Notes: generated by a model not told the origin, from the letters alone. DNA of 64,000 bases from an uncultured Eubacteriales bacterium (GCA_964646385.1 CAZYEC010000001.1:10335-74334); one strand, 5' to 3'; shown: positions 1 to 9,861, numbered from the stretch's first letter. Made by a program: numbers and translations.

Positions 1-12
1 CTATGCGCACGG

Positions 13-22
13 TTGTCATAAT
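13..22 (+). promoter_or_regulatory. Possible extended -10 promoter element (TGtCATAAT) for the small ORF and HD gene.
   Basis: TGTCATAAT lies about 25 nt upstream of a strong RBS. The -35 element lies off-window. Confidence 0.2.
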
Positions 23-47
23 GTGCAAAAAGGAGAAGGCAAAAACA

Positions 48-233
48 GTGAAGACGGCATGTTTGTGGGCCGGCTCGGAAGGATGGAAACCTACTTGGTA
101 CGGGCTGGAGACCCACGGGCACATCGCGTTTCCTTGGGATGCCGTAGTAGCGTCTCGGGGGCAATTGATACCTAACCCTGCACATAGAGTATATGCTGAT
201 TCAGCGGAGATGACTGCCGCTTGGAAAAAATGA
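48..233 (+). CDS. Small hypothetical protein (~61 aa), translationally coupled to the downstream HD gene.
   Basis: A strong RBS AAAAAGGAGAAGG sits 8 nt before GTG at 48. Its stop codon overlaps the ATG of the next gene (ATGA at 230-233). No recognisable domain. Confidence 0.3.
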   Translation: MKTACLWAGSEGWKPTWYGLETHGHIAFPWDAVVASRGQLIPNPAHRVYADSAEMTAAWKK

Positions 234-898
234 CTCAAATTACGGTAAACGATCTCAAAGAGGCTCCTCAGGTCGAAGCCTATCTACTGGGAGGAGACAT
301 ACATCTTGCGACTTTGGGTTACACAGACCACGGGCAAAGGCACGCCGGGCTTGTATCGGCCATTGCCGGCAATGTACTTGGGCGTTTGGGGTACCCCAAA
401 AGAGAGCAAGAACTTGCCGAAATAGCTGGCTACCTGCACGATATAGGCAACGTGGTATCAAGGCACCAACACGCTCAAACGGGCGCCGTTTTGGCCGAAC
501 GGCTACTTTGGTCCAAGGGTATGGACCCCCGGGAAATCGCCGTTGTCGTGGGGGCCATAGGTAGCCATGACCCGGAGGATACTGCCAATCCCGTATCAAA
601 TGTCTCCGCCGCCCTCGTTCTGGCCGACAAATCTGACGTGCACCGGTCCAGGGTGAGAAACCCCGACAAACACAATTTCGACCAGCATGACCGGGTGAAT
701 TATGCTGTTACCAAGTCGTTTTTGAGGGTGGACTCCGACGCGCGGGTTGTGAGCCTGGAGCTAACCGTCGACACGGAAATATCCCCTGTCATGGAGTATT
801 TCGAGATATTTCTCACGAGGATGCTGGCTTGCAGGCGGGCTGCGGAGTTTTTGGGCGCTCAATTTGAATTGGAGATCAATCGCGTGCGTCTGCTTTAG
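230..898 (+). CDS. HD-domain metal-dependent phosphohydrolase.
   Basis: Shows the H..HD motif (YLHDIGN) and downstream His and Asp residues typical of the HD superfamily. The start could be TTG 221 or ATG 230. Confidence 0.8.
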   Translation: MTQITVNDLKEAPQVEAYLLGGDIHLATLGYTDHGQRHAGLVSAIAGNVLGRLGYPKREQELAEIAGYLHDIGNVVSRHQHAQTGAVLAERLLWSKGMDPREIAVVVGAIGSHDPEDTANPVSNVSAALVLADKSDVHRSRVRNPDKHNFDQHDRVNYAVTKSFLRVDSDARVVSLELTVDTEISPVMEYFEIFLTRMLACRRAAEFLGAQFELEINRVRLL

Positions 899-927
899 AT
901 TTGGGGGCGCGGAAAAGAGGGTTTGCT

Positions 928-1437
928 TTGGGATTCTTGGATGAAAAGGGCCGTATATTTGGCAAAGTCAGCCTTATTGACCTTGCGGTGGTGTTAGTTT
1001 TGGTCGGGGCCGCCGTGTGGTTTGGGTATTCGATGTTTGGAAAAAACCTCAAGAGTGAGGTGGCGGCAAGGGAGCAGGAAACGGAAATAGTTGTGGTGAC
1101 TACGGGCATACGGACTACCACTGCCGAAGCAATCGCCAAAGGCGGCAGGATATTTGAATTCAAAACCGGGGCTTGCATCGGGGAAGTTGTGAGCGTTAGT
1201 ACCGAGCCCGCCGTGGTCACCCTGATTGAAGGGGGCGGGAAATGGGTGCAAATGGAGTCCCCGGATCGAGTCAACGCGTTTGTGACGATTAAGGGAATTG
1301 CCCGGCTCGGAGAAAACGTCATAACTATGAGTGGTGTGGAAATAAGAGTCGGCGGCAGCCTCAACCTTCAGACGAAATTTTGCGTTTTTCAAGGACATGT
1401 TATGACAATGGACTTGGGGCTTGGAGGCAACTCCTGA
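928..1437 (+). CDS. DUF4330-like membrane-anchored protein.
   Basis: RBS GAAAAGAGGG precedes TTG 928. The N-terminus M.FLDEKGRIFGKVSLIDL followed by a TM helix resembles the DUF4330 family. It sits in a cell-envelope cluster. Confidence 0.5.
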   Translation: MGFLDEKGRIFGKVSLIDLAVVLVLVGAAVWFGYSMFGKNLKSEVAAREQETEIVVVTTGIRTTTAEAIAKGGRIFEFKTGACIGEVVSVSTEPAVVTLIEGGGKWVQMESPDRVNAFVTIKGIARLGENVITMSGVEIRVGGSLNLQTKFCVFQGHVMTMDLGLGGNS

Positions 1438-2927
1438 TGGGTTTGGGTTCATATTGCCGCAACGACTTTCCCGACAGCCGGGCCCGGGAGGTTCTTGGGA
1501 TAGCAGGAGACAGGCTGGACCTTCTGTTGAAGGGGTTTTTTCTTGCATTCGGAAAGGCTTGGAAAGGCAGTGCATTGGCCAGGGGTGTAGCCCTCTTGAA
1601 CCCGGAGGCTTGGTTTTCGGCCAGTGCGTTTACCAAACTTGGGCGGAAATATGCCCCGCTGCTTTTGGCTCCAAAATGCGGGACGTTGACCGAAGGTACC
1701 GCATTGGGAATCATTTTGGTTGCCGGCGCTTTCGTGCCTACGGGGCTTCAAGCGCTCCTTTTTGTGGGGTTCGTTTTCGCCCTTTTGTACAAAAGGGCGA
1801 CGGCTTGCGAAGAATCCCCAATTTTCGCCGCTCTTCCATTTCGACTGGCGCTTCCTTTTGTGGCCCTGTTCCTATTTCTCGCCGGGGCCACGGTTTCCTC
1901 AGTGGTGCCGGGGCAAAGCCTGAAAAGTTTTTTTCTTTGGAGCATAAACGGAATGGTGTTTCTGTGGTCTTTCGATGCTGCGTCGAAAGGGCGCGAGGAT
2001 AGCGTGGTTTGGCCTGTCCTGACCGGGGTGGCGGTTTCAGGCATGGTGGGCATATACCAGCACTTGTCCGGTTGGCAACCACCGAGATCTTGGCTCGATG
2101 CCAAATTCGAAGACGACATTGTTCGAATTGTGGGGACTTTCGCTAACCCGAACTATTTGGCGGAAATGGTCGGCCTTGCCCTTCCTTTGGCACTGGCCTT
2201 GTTCATAAAAAACCGAAATCTTCGGGATAAGGGCCTTTTGTTTGGAGTTTCGTTTCTTCAGGGTGCTGCGTTGGTGCTGACGTGGTCCCGAGGGGCCTGG
2301 CTGGGTTTTCTGGGATCTCTCGCCGTGCTTGCAGTGTTGTTCGACAAAAGGCTCTTGGTTGCGGGCATGGTTTTGGCACTCATTGTCGGCCTTTTGGCTC
2401 CTCCCGTCATCGTGCAAAGGCTATTGTCGTCATTTACCGTGGATGACAGTTCCAACAGCTACAGGGTTTCGATATGGCGCGGGTCTTTGTCGCTGCTGAA
2501 AGCCTTCTTTTTCAGGGGCGTCGGGCTGGGGGCGGCTGCTTTCAAAGAAATGTACCCGGAATACATGATAATTGAGACGCCGGCTTTTCATTCCCACAGC
2601 ATCTATATTGAAATGTCCATCGAACTGGGTTTTTTCGGGTTCCTGGTCCTGATGTGGTTTTTGGGGGCAAGTCTGTGGTGCCCTTTGTCCTTCATCTTTT
2701 CGCAAAAAGGCACGGACATTATGGGCCGGTGGACTCGAATTGCCGTGCCGGCCGGATGTGTGGCGGCGGTGGCGGGCCACATGATTCAAGGCATCATCGA
2801 TCATACATGGTACAACCCCCAGATAATGCTGTTGGTTTGGGCGTGGCTTGGTTTGGCGGCGGGAGTTGGGGTGTCAATGAGAGCCCCCTTGGTTTCCACC
2901 GGGCGAGAGGAGAAACTGGCCCCATGA
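1437..2927 (+). CDS. O-antigen ligase / Wzy-like polymerase family membrane protein.
   Basis: Polytopic membrane protein with a LTWSRGAWLG-type motif of the O-antigen ligase (Wzy_C) family. An ATGA overlap joins it to the upstream gene. Confidence 0.7.
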   Translation: MGLGSYCRNDFPDSRAREVLGIAGDRLDLLLKGFFLAFGKAWKGSALARGVALLNPEAWFSASAFTKLGRKYAPLLLAPKCGTLTEGTALGIILVAGAFVPTGLQALLFVGFVFALLYKRATACEESPIFAALPFRLALPFVALFLFLAGATVSSVVPGQSLKSFFLWSINGMVFLWSFDAASKGREDSVVWPVLTGVAVSGMVGIYQHLSGWQPPRSWLDAKFEDDIVRIVGTFANPNYLAEMVGLALPLALALFIKNRNLRDKGLLFGVSFLQGAALVLTWSRGAWLGFLGSLAVLAVLFDKRLLVAGMVLALIVGLLAPPVIVQRLLSSFTVDDSSNSYRVSIWRGSLSLLKAFFFRGVGLGAAAFKEMYPEYMIIETPAFHSHSIYIEMSIELGFFGFLVLMWFLGASLWCPLSFIFSQKGTDIMGRWTRIAVPAGCVAAVAGHMIQGIIDHTWYNPQIMLLVWAWLGLAAGVGVSMRAPLVSTGREEKLAP

Positions 2928-4057
2928 AAGTCCTTCATGTAATTACTGATACAAACTTGGGTGGGGCAGGGCGGCATATTTTAACTCTCTTCAAGCAACC
3001 GGCTTTTGTCGGCCTGGATGTCAGTGTCGCGTGTCCCGGGGGCGAACTTGCCAAGAGACTTGAAACTGCGGGGGTGCAGACTATTTCCATATCGGGGAAA
3101 GATGTGTCCTTTTCAGGCTCCCTTGCGCTGGAACTTGTGAGGCTCTTGAGACGCGTCAAACCTGACTTGGTTCACACCCATTCGTGCCTGTCGGGAAGGG
3201 TGGCTGCCCGGCTCTTGGGCATTCCGGTTGTTTACACCAAACACGGCCAAACGAGAACACCTTCCGCTTGGGGAAGGGTTTCCCCGCCGGGCCTTTTTAA
3301 ACGGCGATTTAACCGCCTGGTGGCCAAGTTGTTCTGTGACAGGGTAATTGCCGTGTCCCAAAGTGTCGGGCAAGAACTGGTGGAGTCAGGGATCGAGCCT
3401 TCAAGGGTGGTATGCGTTTTGAACGGGATTGAACTGGATCAATTCCGGCCCCGGCCATTTGTCAGGGATGAGTTGGCAGACGATGCCGGACAAGTCGTGG
3501 TGGGGACCCTTGCGAGGCTTCATCGGGTAAAAGCCTTGGATGTGTTCGTAAACGCGTCGAGGATAGTCCTGGGCTCGTTGCCCCGGGCAAGGTTTGTGAT
3601 AGGTGGAATGGGACCCGAACAGGCCTCGCTCAAATCCCAGATCGAGAAAATGAAGATGGAACCTTATGTGAAAATGGCAGGTTTTGTGGAAGATGTTCCG
3701 GGGTTTTTGGCCGGTTTGGATGTTTATGTTCAGTCTTCTGACTCGGAGGGGCTGGGCCTGGCACTGATAGAAGCCATGGCTTCCGGGCTTCCGGTAGTGG
3801 GTACCGATGTCGGTGGGGTGCCCGAAATAATTGAAGATGAAGTGACAGGATTTTTGGTTCCGCCCAGAAATCCTCGACTTCTGGCCCAGTCTGTCGTCAG
3901 GTTAGCAATAGACCCTGATTTGGCGGCCAGAATGGGAGCCTCCGGGCGCGAAAGGGCCTTTCGCTTGTTCGATGCCAAGACCATGGCTCAGAAAACGAAG
4001 GAGGTGTACGAAGGAATTCTAGCGGGCCGTGGTTTTCGGAACCGTTTTGCCTCTTAG
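2924..4057 (+). CDS. Glycosyltransferase family 1 (GT4-type).
   Basis: N-terminal MKVLHVITDTNLGGAGRHI and a C-terminal EGLGLALIEAMASGLPVVGTDVGG sugar-donor motif. ATGA overlap with the ligase. Confidence 0.85.
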   Translation: MKVLHVITDTNLGGAGRHILTLFKQPAFVGLDVSVACPGGELAKRLETAGVQTISISGKDVSFSGSLALELVRLLRRVKPDLVHTHSCLSGRVAARLLGIPVVYTKHGQTRTPSAWGRVSPPGLFKRRFNRLVAKLFCDRVIAVSQSVGQELVESGIEPSRVVCVLNGIELDQFRPRPFVRDELADDAGQVVVGTLARLHRVKALDVFVNASRIVLGSLPRARFVIGGMGPEQASLKSQIEKMKMEPYVKMAGFVEDVPGFLAGLDVYVQSSDSEGLGLALIEAMASGLPVVGTDVGGVPEIIEDEVTGFLVPPRNPRLLAQSVVRLAIDPDLAARMGASGRERAFRLFDAKTMAQKTKEVYEGILAGRGFRNRFAS

Positions 4058-5272
4058 GCTTTTTTTGTACAAGGGGGCAAAAGACGCTGCAGCCAAAAGG
4101 AATACGGTCGTTGCGGCATAAAAGGAGCTGCCAAGACCCAACCGGTCACCAACGAATCCACCAATTATAGGCCCCACAAAGGACCCCAAAGGCAGTATTC
4201 CGCTGAGGACGCCAAAGGCTCTGCCGCGAAAATCCCGGCTCACCCATGCCGCCACCAGAATGTTCCCGGACGCCGTCAGCATTCCGTTGAATGCCCCAAA
4301 CGCCAGGCGCAAAAATGCCAAAGGAAGGAGAGCAACCCACAGGCCCTGGAGACACACACAGACGGCTGCACCCAGTATTCCGCCCAAGAAAAAGCGCGCC
4401 GGCGGTTCTCCGGCGGGGGAAGTCTTTTTGGCCATAAGACTGGCCCCTATTACGGTTCCCAGACCGGCAATTGAGTAAATTATCCCGCTTACCGCAGACG
4501 ACTCCTTGCCCTCCAACAACCGGTCTACGTACAGCACCAAGGTAGGTTGGGTAACCTGGATGGCGGCTTGCACTAAGAACAGGCATAAAAACACCATTGT
4601 GAGAGCTTTGCTGGAAAAGGCTTCCCTAATGTCTCCCAAAACGTTGATCTTAAGATCGCCGCCGGTTATTTCTTCTTTTATGAAGAACACCGAGACCACC
4701 GTGATTGCCATGAGAAGGCACGCAGAAAGGCGAAATGTCAACGGTATTCCCACAAGCTTGACCATAATACCGCCAAACAGCGGGCCGGAAATCGTGCCTG
4801 CCGCTGAAACGGCTTGCAAATATCCCAAGGCGTAACCCAATTTGTTTTCAGGTGTGTTGGTTGCTATCAACGACGTGGCGGCAGGGCCGAATCCTGACAG
4901 GAGCCCTGTAAGCCCTCTCATGATGACGAACTGAAACGGGGTCTTGGCCAAAGGGTAGAGGGCATAAAACACGGCGATGAGCACTCCGGATCTCAGTATC
5001 TGGGGCCGTTTGCCGTATTTGTCCGCAAGTGCCCCCCATAGAGGCGCCGAAATCGCGGAGGCCAGGAAGGAGGCCGAGTATGCGAGCCCCGACCACAAGC
5101 CCAAATTCTCCTGCACGTCCAGGGATTTTAAAACGTAGGGCAGAAACGGCGTAACCAAAGTGAAGGACGCTTGCCCCACAAACATCAGGATCAAAACTAC
5201 ATAGAGGTTTCTTTGCCAGCTTTCCAAGGAGTCTCCCGGCTTTTCCCAAAACTCTGACGACTTAAGTTTCAA
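4019..5272 (-). CDS. MFS transporter.
   Basis: The ORF-track protein is only obtained from the reverse complement: a TTG start at 5272-5270 and a TAG stop at 4021-4019. The track labels it +. It has about 12 TM segments with MFS signature-like motifs (GALADKYGKRP). Confidence 0.8.
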   Translation of the reverse strand: MKLKSSEFWEKPGDSLESWQRNLYVVLILMFVGQASFTLVTPFLPYVLKSLDVQENLGLWSGLAYSASFLASAISAPLWGALADKYGKRPQILRSGVLIAVFYALYPLAKTPFQFVIMRGLTGLLSGFGPAATSLIATNTPENKLGYALGYLQAVSAAGTISGPLFGGIMVKLVGIPLTFRLSACLLMAITVVSVFFIKEEITGGDLKINVLGDIREAFSSKALTMVFLCLFLVQAAIQVTQPTLVLYVDRLLEGKESSAVSGIIYSIAGLGTVIGASLMAKKTSPAGEPPARFFLGGILGAAVCVCLQGLWVALLPLAFLRLAFGAFNGMLTASGNILVAAWVSRDFRGRAFGVLSGILPLGSFVGPIIGGFVGDRLGLGSSFYAATTVFLLAAASFAPLYKKSLRGKTVPKTTAR

Positions 5273-5358
5273 GTAGCCAGTTATCTGTTCGCTATGGGTT
5301 CCCGTTCTCCTGCAAACGGGGAAGGGAAAAGGAGTTGCCTCCCCCGGTAATTGCTATA

Positions 5359-6960
5359 ATGGGTGGAACACGATTCCTTGGGAACGGGGGCTCCCTCTTG
5401 TCCAAAAAACGGATTGCAGAAGCGACCATGGTAGTGGTAGGTTTGGGCGCATTTTCCAAAGTTTTGGGGTTCGCCAGGGAGCAGTTGATAGCATTTTTGT
5501 TTGGGGCAACGGGCCGCACCGATGCTTACGTAGTGGCCAATATGGTTCCTGTTTTGGTAACCGGTTTTTTGTCAGGCCCGCTTACAACGGCTTTCTTGCC
5601 GGTTTACGCGTCTTTGGCTGCCAAAGACGACAAGGCCGGTGCATCGCATCTCGTTTCTTCCATCGTCACCGTTTCGACTTTTCTGGTGTTGTTCATCTCG
5701 GTAGTCGCCATGCTTCCCGCAGACAGGCTGATACGGCTGGTTGCCCCCGGGTTTGCCGGGGCGACCTTTAACGACGCGGTCACGTTGACCAGAGTATTCC
5801 TGCCGGCAATGGTAATCCCGCTGTTGTCGGCTTTTGCAAAAGCTGTTCTTAACACTCACGATCATTTCGCCGTACCTGCGGCGGCACCCTCTGTTCAGAA
5901 TCTGACCGTAATCTTGGTCGCGGCTTTGCTGGCGCCCGTTATGGGCGTTATGTCCCTAGCCCTAGCCCTGGTTCTGGGGTACATCGCCGCGTTTTTAGTT
6001 CAGGTACCCTCCACTGTGAAGGTTGGGGGGTGGCCAAAGATCTCCACAAAGGTAGACGAAAGCGGGGTCAAAGTGCTCAAGCTTGCAGGACCCTTGATGG
6101 CGGGTGCTGTGTTTGCCCAGATATACCTTTTTGTGGACAGAAACTTGGCATCCCGTTTGACAGAAGGCACTATAGCCGCTTTGAGCTTTGCCGACCGGAT
6201 AAGGCAAGTCCCTTTGGGGTTGTTTGTGGCGGCGGTGATAACGGTGATTTATCCTTCATTGTCCGCTATGTGGGCCCGGGAGGATAAAGCAGGCTTTAAG
6301 GAAACCGCCTTTATGGGTCTCCGCTACGCAGAATTTGTGTGTTTGCCCGCCGCGGTGGGGTTGATGGTTTTGGCAAACCCCACAGTAAGGTTGATTTTCG
6401 AGTACGGCGCGTTTACTAGCGAAGCAACGGCCCACACTGCTTCCGCGCTTCTGGCTTACAGCCCCGCTCTTGTGGGAATGGCAGCCACACAAGTGACAAA
6501 CGTAGCCTTTTATTCCAGTCACGAAACGAGGATTCCCGTGCTTTTAGCCGCGGGAACTGCAGTACTAAACACAATACTGGATCTGCTGCTGGTAAAACCC
6601 CTTGGTCATGTGGGACTTGCAGCCGCCAATTCAGCCGCAAGCCTTTTGGGGGCTTTTGCCGGTTTGTACGCTTTGAACAAGAAATCCGGATTATCTCTGA
6701 AGCCCCTAGCCCGGCCGTTTGGCAAAATGGTTTTGGCCTCGGGGATAATGGGGGCAGTTGCCTTATTCTTGTCCCGGGTAACGGGATTTGGAAGCGGCAC
6801 TGGCAACGCTTTTTTTGATTTGCTGCGCGGGGCAATTTCCATGGCCGGCGCGGCTTTGACGTATCTGATCGCTGCGGCATGTCTGAAATGCCAGGAACTG
6901 TCGGTGTTTTCAACTTTCTTTAGAAGCAAACGCAGCCGCAGTCGAAGGAGTAAGGATTGA
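5359..6960 (+). CDS. murJ: Lipid II flippase MurJ (MviN).
   Basis: The N-terminus LLSKKRIAEATMVVVGLGAFSKVLGFAREQLIA..GA..TDAY matches the MurJ family, and it has 14 TM segments. The start is ambiguous (5335-5428). Confidence 0.85.
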   Translation: MGGTRFLGNGGSLLSKKRIAEATMVVVGLGAFSKVLGFAREQLIAFLFGATGRTDAYVVANMVPVLVTGFLSGPLTTAFLPVYASLAAKDDKAGASHLVSSIVTVSTFLVLFISVVAMLPADRLIRLVAPGFAGATFNDAVTLTRVFLPAMVIPLLSAFAKAVLNTHDHFAVPAAAPSVQNLTVILVAALLAPVMGVMSLALALVLGYIAAFLVQVPSTVKVGGWPKISTKVDESGVKVLKLAGPLMAGAVFAQIYLFVDRNLASRLTEGTIAALSFADRIRQVPLGLFVAAVITVIYPSLSAMWAREDKAGFKETAFMGLRYAEFVCLPAAVGLMVLANPTVRLIFEYGAFTSEATAHTASALLAYSPALVGMAATQVTNVAFYSSHETRIPVLLAAGTAVLNTILDLLLVKPLGHVGLAAANSAASLLGAFAGLYALNKKSGLSLKPLARPFGKMVLASGIMGAVALFLSRVTGFGSGTGNAFFDLLRGAISMAGAALTYLIAAACLKCQELSVFSTFFRSKRSRSRRSKD

Positions 6961-7053
6961 CGCAATAGAGCGAACCGGGGCGGGAGTTCTTGGCGTCTGT
7001 CGAGAAAAACTAATTGAGGCCGGAGGGGAAAACGGCCCGAGAGGGGAAACGAC

Positions 7054-9150
7054 ATGAGAAGTCTGACCTCAACCGATCTGCTTTCTATGAAATGGGTGTC
7101 GGACCCTAGAATCTCACCCGATGGCACCAGGGCGCTTTTCACTATGAAAAGGGTATCTCCGGAAGACAAGGACATGGAGTACAGAACCAATATTTGCGTG
7201 GCGTTTCCCGACGAGGTGCGCCCTTTCACGTCTGGGCCCAAAAGCGATACTGCGCCGAGGTGGTCGCCCGATGGCAAAAAGGTGGCCTTTCTGTCGGACC
7301 GCGCCAAAGGCAAGACCCAGATTTTCATCATGTCTTCAGGCGGTGGCGAGGCCTTGCAGGTTACCGCAAGAAAAAACGGCGTCGGCGAACCGGTGTGGTC
7401 TCCCGATAGCAGCAAAATAGCTTTTTCGGCACTTTGCGAGGATTCCCGGGACCAGGAACGGGAAAAGTCAGATGTAAAGGTAATAACCAAAATCCGTTTC
7501 AAACTGAACGGACGGGGTTTTTTGCCTGACAAACCGGTCCAGATACACGTTTTGGATATTAAGTCTGGTGAGGTTTCCCAGATCACTGACGGCGATTATG
7601 ATTGTCGGGAGCCCAGGTGGTCCCCAGATGGAGAACATCTGGCTTTCGTTTCTGCAAGGTTCGAAAGGCACGAGTACGGTTCTATAAGGGATATCTACGT
7701 TGCGTCTGCCCGCGGCGGGCAAATCAGGAAGATTACAGAGAGCGACATGTCTTTGGGCGGCCTCTCCTGGTCTCCCGACGGCAAAGCAATTGCTTTCTAC
7801 GGTCACGACAATTCCTGCAAAGGGGCAACGGTGCCCGGCCTTTGCACCGTAGCAGTGGACGGCGGGAAGGTCACGTTTCTGACAAAAGACTACGAACTTG
7901 CCGTGGCCCAATCCGCCACGGGCGATATGGGGGGAAGCCCCGGTGTCCCCCCGGCTTGGTCAGCGGACGGAAAAGCGATATTCTTCGGCGCCTTGGAACG
8001 GGGACGGACCCATCTGTACAAGTACGATTTGGCAAAGAAAAAAATCGTCCAGATAACTTTCGGAGACTGCATCGTGTCCGGCTGGGCCAAAGCAGTTTCC
8101 GACGACACGTTTCTTCTGCACGTGCAATCCCCCGTTCTTATAGGCGATGTGTTTGTGCTTGACCCTTCCGGGATTGGGTCTTCCTGGGCGGCCTTTCCTG
8201 AGGCGGGCACCGGGCCCTTCGGATTACGGGCAGATTTGCCCTACATGGTGAGGCGTCTTTCCCGGGTTAATGAGGAACTGCTGTCCCGGGTAACCCTCAG
8301 CCTTCCCCAAGAATTCGAAACAGAAAGCAAAGACGGAACCGGGGTTCACGGCTGGATCATGAAACCTGTTGGCTGTAAGGAGGGGCACAAGTATCCTGTC
8401 AGTTTGGAGATACACGGGGGGCCACACACGGCTTACGGTTTTGCCTTCTTTCACGAATTCCAGCTATTGGCCGCCAGGGGTTACGGTGTGGTTTTTTGTA
8501 ATCCCAGGGGGAGCACGGGGTACGGTCAGTCGTTTGTTGCGGCCACAAAGCACGATTGGGCAGGAGCCGATTACCGGGATGTGATGGCGGCGGCCGAGTA
8601 TGCCGCAACCCGGCCCTGGATTGACCCTTCCAGGATGGGAGTCTTGGGCGGCAGTTATGGGGGTTACCTTACCAACTGGATCATCACCCAGACAGACAGG
8701 TTCAAGGCAGCCGTGGCACAACGAAGCACATGCAACAGGATGAGCCAGTTCGGAGCCAGCGACGCTGCCTTCACCAACGGGGATTGGGAATTTGACGGGG
8801 ATCCCTGGGATAACCCTTCGGCCTATCTGGACAGGTCCCCGCTGATGCACGTCAGGAACGTCCAAACCCCCTTGATGCTTGTGCACAGCGAACAAGACCT
8901 AAGGTGTCCCATGGAGCAGGCCGAGGAATTTTTTGTGGCGCTAAAAAAACTCGGCAAGACAGTGGTTCTGGTCCGATTTCCCGACGAAAACCACGAATTA
9001 TCCCGTTCCGGAAAGCCTAAACATAGGCTGGAACGATTGGAATACATCCTCGCCTGGTTTGACAGGTATCTGAAACCCGTGGCGGAGCATTATGAACCGG
9101 CCCTTCACTCCGAAAGCAAACCGTCCGTGTTTTTGCCCGATTTTATCTGA
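7054..9150 (+). CDS. S9 family serine peptidase with an N-terminal beta-propeller (acylaminoacyl-peptidase-like).
   Basis: Repeated WSPDG propeller motifs. The C-terminal alpha/beta-hydrolase has a GGSYGGYL nucleophile elbow, plus Asp and His. Confidence 0.85.
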   Translation: MRSLTSTDLLSMKWVSDPRISPDGTRALFTMKRVSPEDKDMEYRTNICVAFPDEVRPFTSGPKSDTAPRWSPDGKKVAFLSDRAKGKTQIFIMSSGGGEALQVTARKNGVGEPVWSPDSSKIAFSALCEDSRDQEREKSDVKVITKIRFKLNGRGFLPDKPVQIHVLDIKSGEVSQITDGDYDCREPRWSPDGEHLAFVSARFERHEYGSIRDIYVASARGGQIRKITESDMSLGGLSWSPDGKAIAFYGHDNSCKGATVPGLCTVAVDGGKVTFLTKDYELAVAQSATGDMGGSPGVPPAWSADGKAIFFGALERGRTHLYKYDLAKKKIVQITFGDCIVSGWAKAVSDDTFLLHVQSPVLIGDVFVLDPSGIGSSWAAFPEAGTGPFGLRADLPYMVRRLSRVNEELLSRVTLSLPQEFETESKDGTGVHGWIMKPVGCKEGHKYPVSLEIHGGPHTAYGFAFFHEFQLLAARGYGVVFCNPRGSTGYGQSFVAATKHDWAGADYRDVMAAAEYAATRPWIDPSRMGVLGGSYGGYLTNWIITQTDRFKAAVAQRSTCNRMSQFGASDAAFTNGDWEFDGDPWDNPSAYLDRSPLMHVRNVQTPLMLVHSEQDLRCPMEQAEEFFVALKKLGKTVVLVRFPDENHELSRSGKPKHRLERLEYILAWFDRYLKPVAEHYEPALHSESKPSVFLPDFI

Positions 9151-9165
9151 AAGGATGTCTTCCGG

Positions 9166-9810
9166 TTGCAAAAAGATGTCAGCGGAAGCTACATTTGGGG
9201 CCATCATCAGCCCACCAAAAGCGAGAAAAGGTTGGCAGAAGGCCTGCGCCGGGCAGGAATAAAATACGGTCGGGAAGTCGACGTCAAAGGCTTCACCGTG
9301 GATTTCATGATCGACGGTTGGCTGGTGGTTGAAGTTGACGGGGAAAGCCATTTGACTAGGGATAGGGCTAAAAGAGATGCTTCCAGGCAAAGGATTCTGG
9401 AAAACTCGGGTTGTACCGTTTTGCGGGTGCCTGCCTCGGAATTATTGGCCCCCGGGGGCCTTGGCCGGTGGGTCAAAAAGATAAAAGAAGCGATGGCCTC
9501 GCCGGGCTCCAAGCTGCAAAGATTTCGTAACGTGGCGTACCGGAATCAGCTTGAAAAAGTCCGCAAGGCGCTTTTGGCTGGGGAAGCCGAGCGGGAAAGG
9601 CGGGAAAACCTTGCTTACGGTAACCCCAAGGGGAGACAGCGGGGTTCGCCCAAGAAAGCGAGGGATTCTGCAGAAGAGGAGACGATGGAAGATTATTTCG
9701 GCGAGGGTTCCGTGAGTTTCGCATCATTGTTGGAAAAGTACGACGGGTCCCCGGTCAAGCAGACTGGCAAGCGTTACGGGGCGGTTCCCAGGCCGCGGCG
9801 GCGCAAGTAG
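9166..9810 (+). CDS. DUF559 (Vsr/restriction-endonuclease-like fold) protein with a long charged C-terminal tail.
   Basis: VDFMIDGWLVVEVDGESH...RDAS...GCTVLRV is typical of DUF559. About 100 aa of K/R/E-rich tail follows. Confidence 0.6.
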   Translation: MQKDVSGSYIWGHHQPTKSEKRLAEGLRRAGIKYGREVDVKGFTVDFMIDGWLVVEVDGESHLTRDRAKRDASRQRILENSGCTVLRVPASELLAPGGLGRWVKKIKEAMASPGSKLQRFRNVAYRNQLEKVRKALLAGEAERERRENLAYGNPKGRQRGSPKKARDSAEEETMEDYFGEGSVSFASLLEKYDGSPVKQTGKRYGAVPRPRRRK

Positions 9811-9861
9811 CCTGAGGTTTGTGCAAACATTTTGGCGGAAAAGTGAGGAGGGGGTGCCCCT

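Noticed and set aside
1-220. Possible SRP RNA, tRNA or other structured RNA in the first 220 nt (contains the CGGAAGGA motif).
   Set aside because: No tRNA T-arm (GTTCGA) or full SRP domain IV consensus is present. The region is better explained by a small coupled ORF.
3-233. Full-length 76-aa ORF starting at the first ATG of the window.
   Set aside because: There is no RBS before the ATG at 3 and the window edge truncates the context. I kept only the shorter version that has a strong RBS, at low confidence.
6606-7586. Long antisense or alternate-frame ORFs listed inside confident genes. Examples: 6606-7586 -, 17793-18506 -, 43334-44260 -, 47046-47789 -, 994-1575 -.
   Set aside because: They lie opposite or out of frame to genes with strong domain evidence, lack RBSs, and give low-complexity, Arg/Pro-rich translations typical of spurious ORFs in high-GC DNA.
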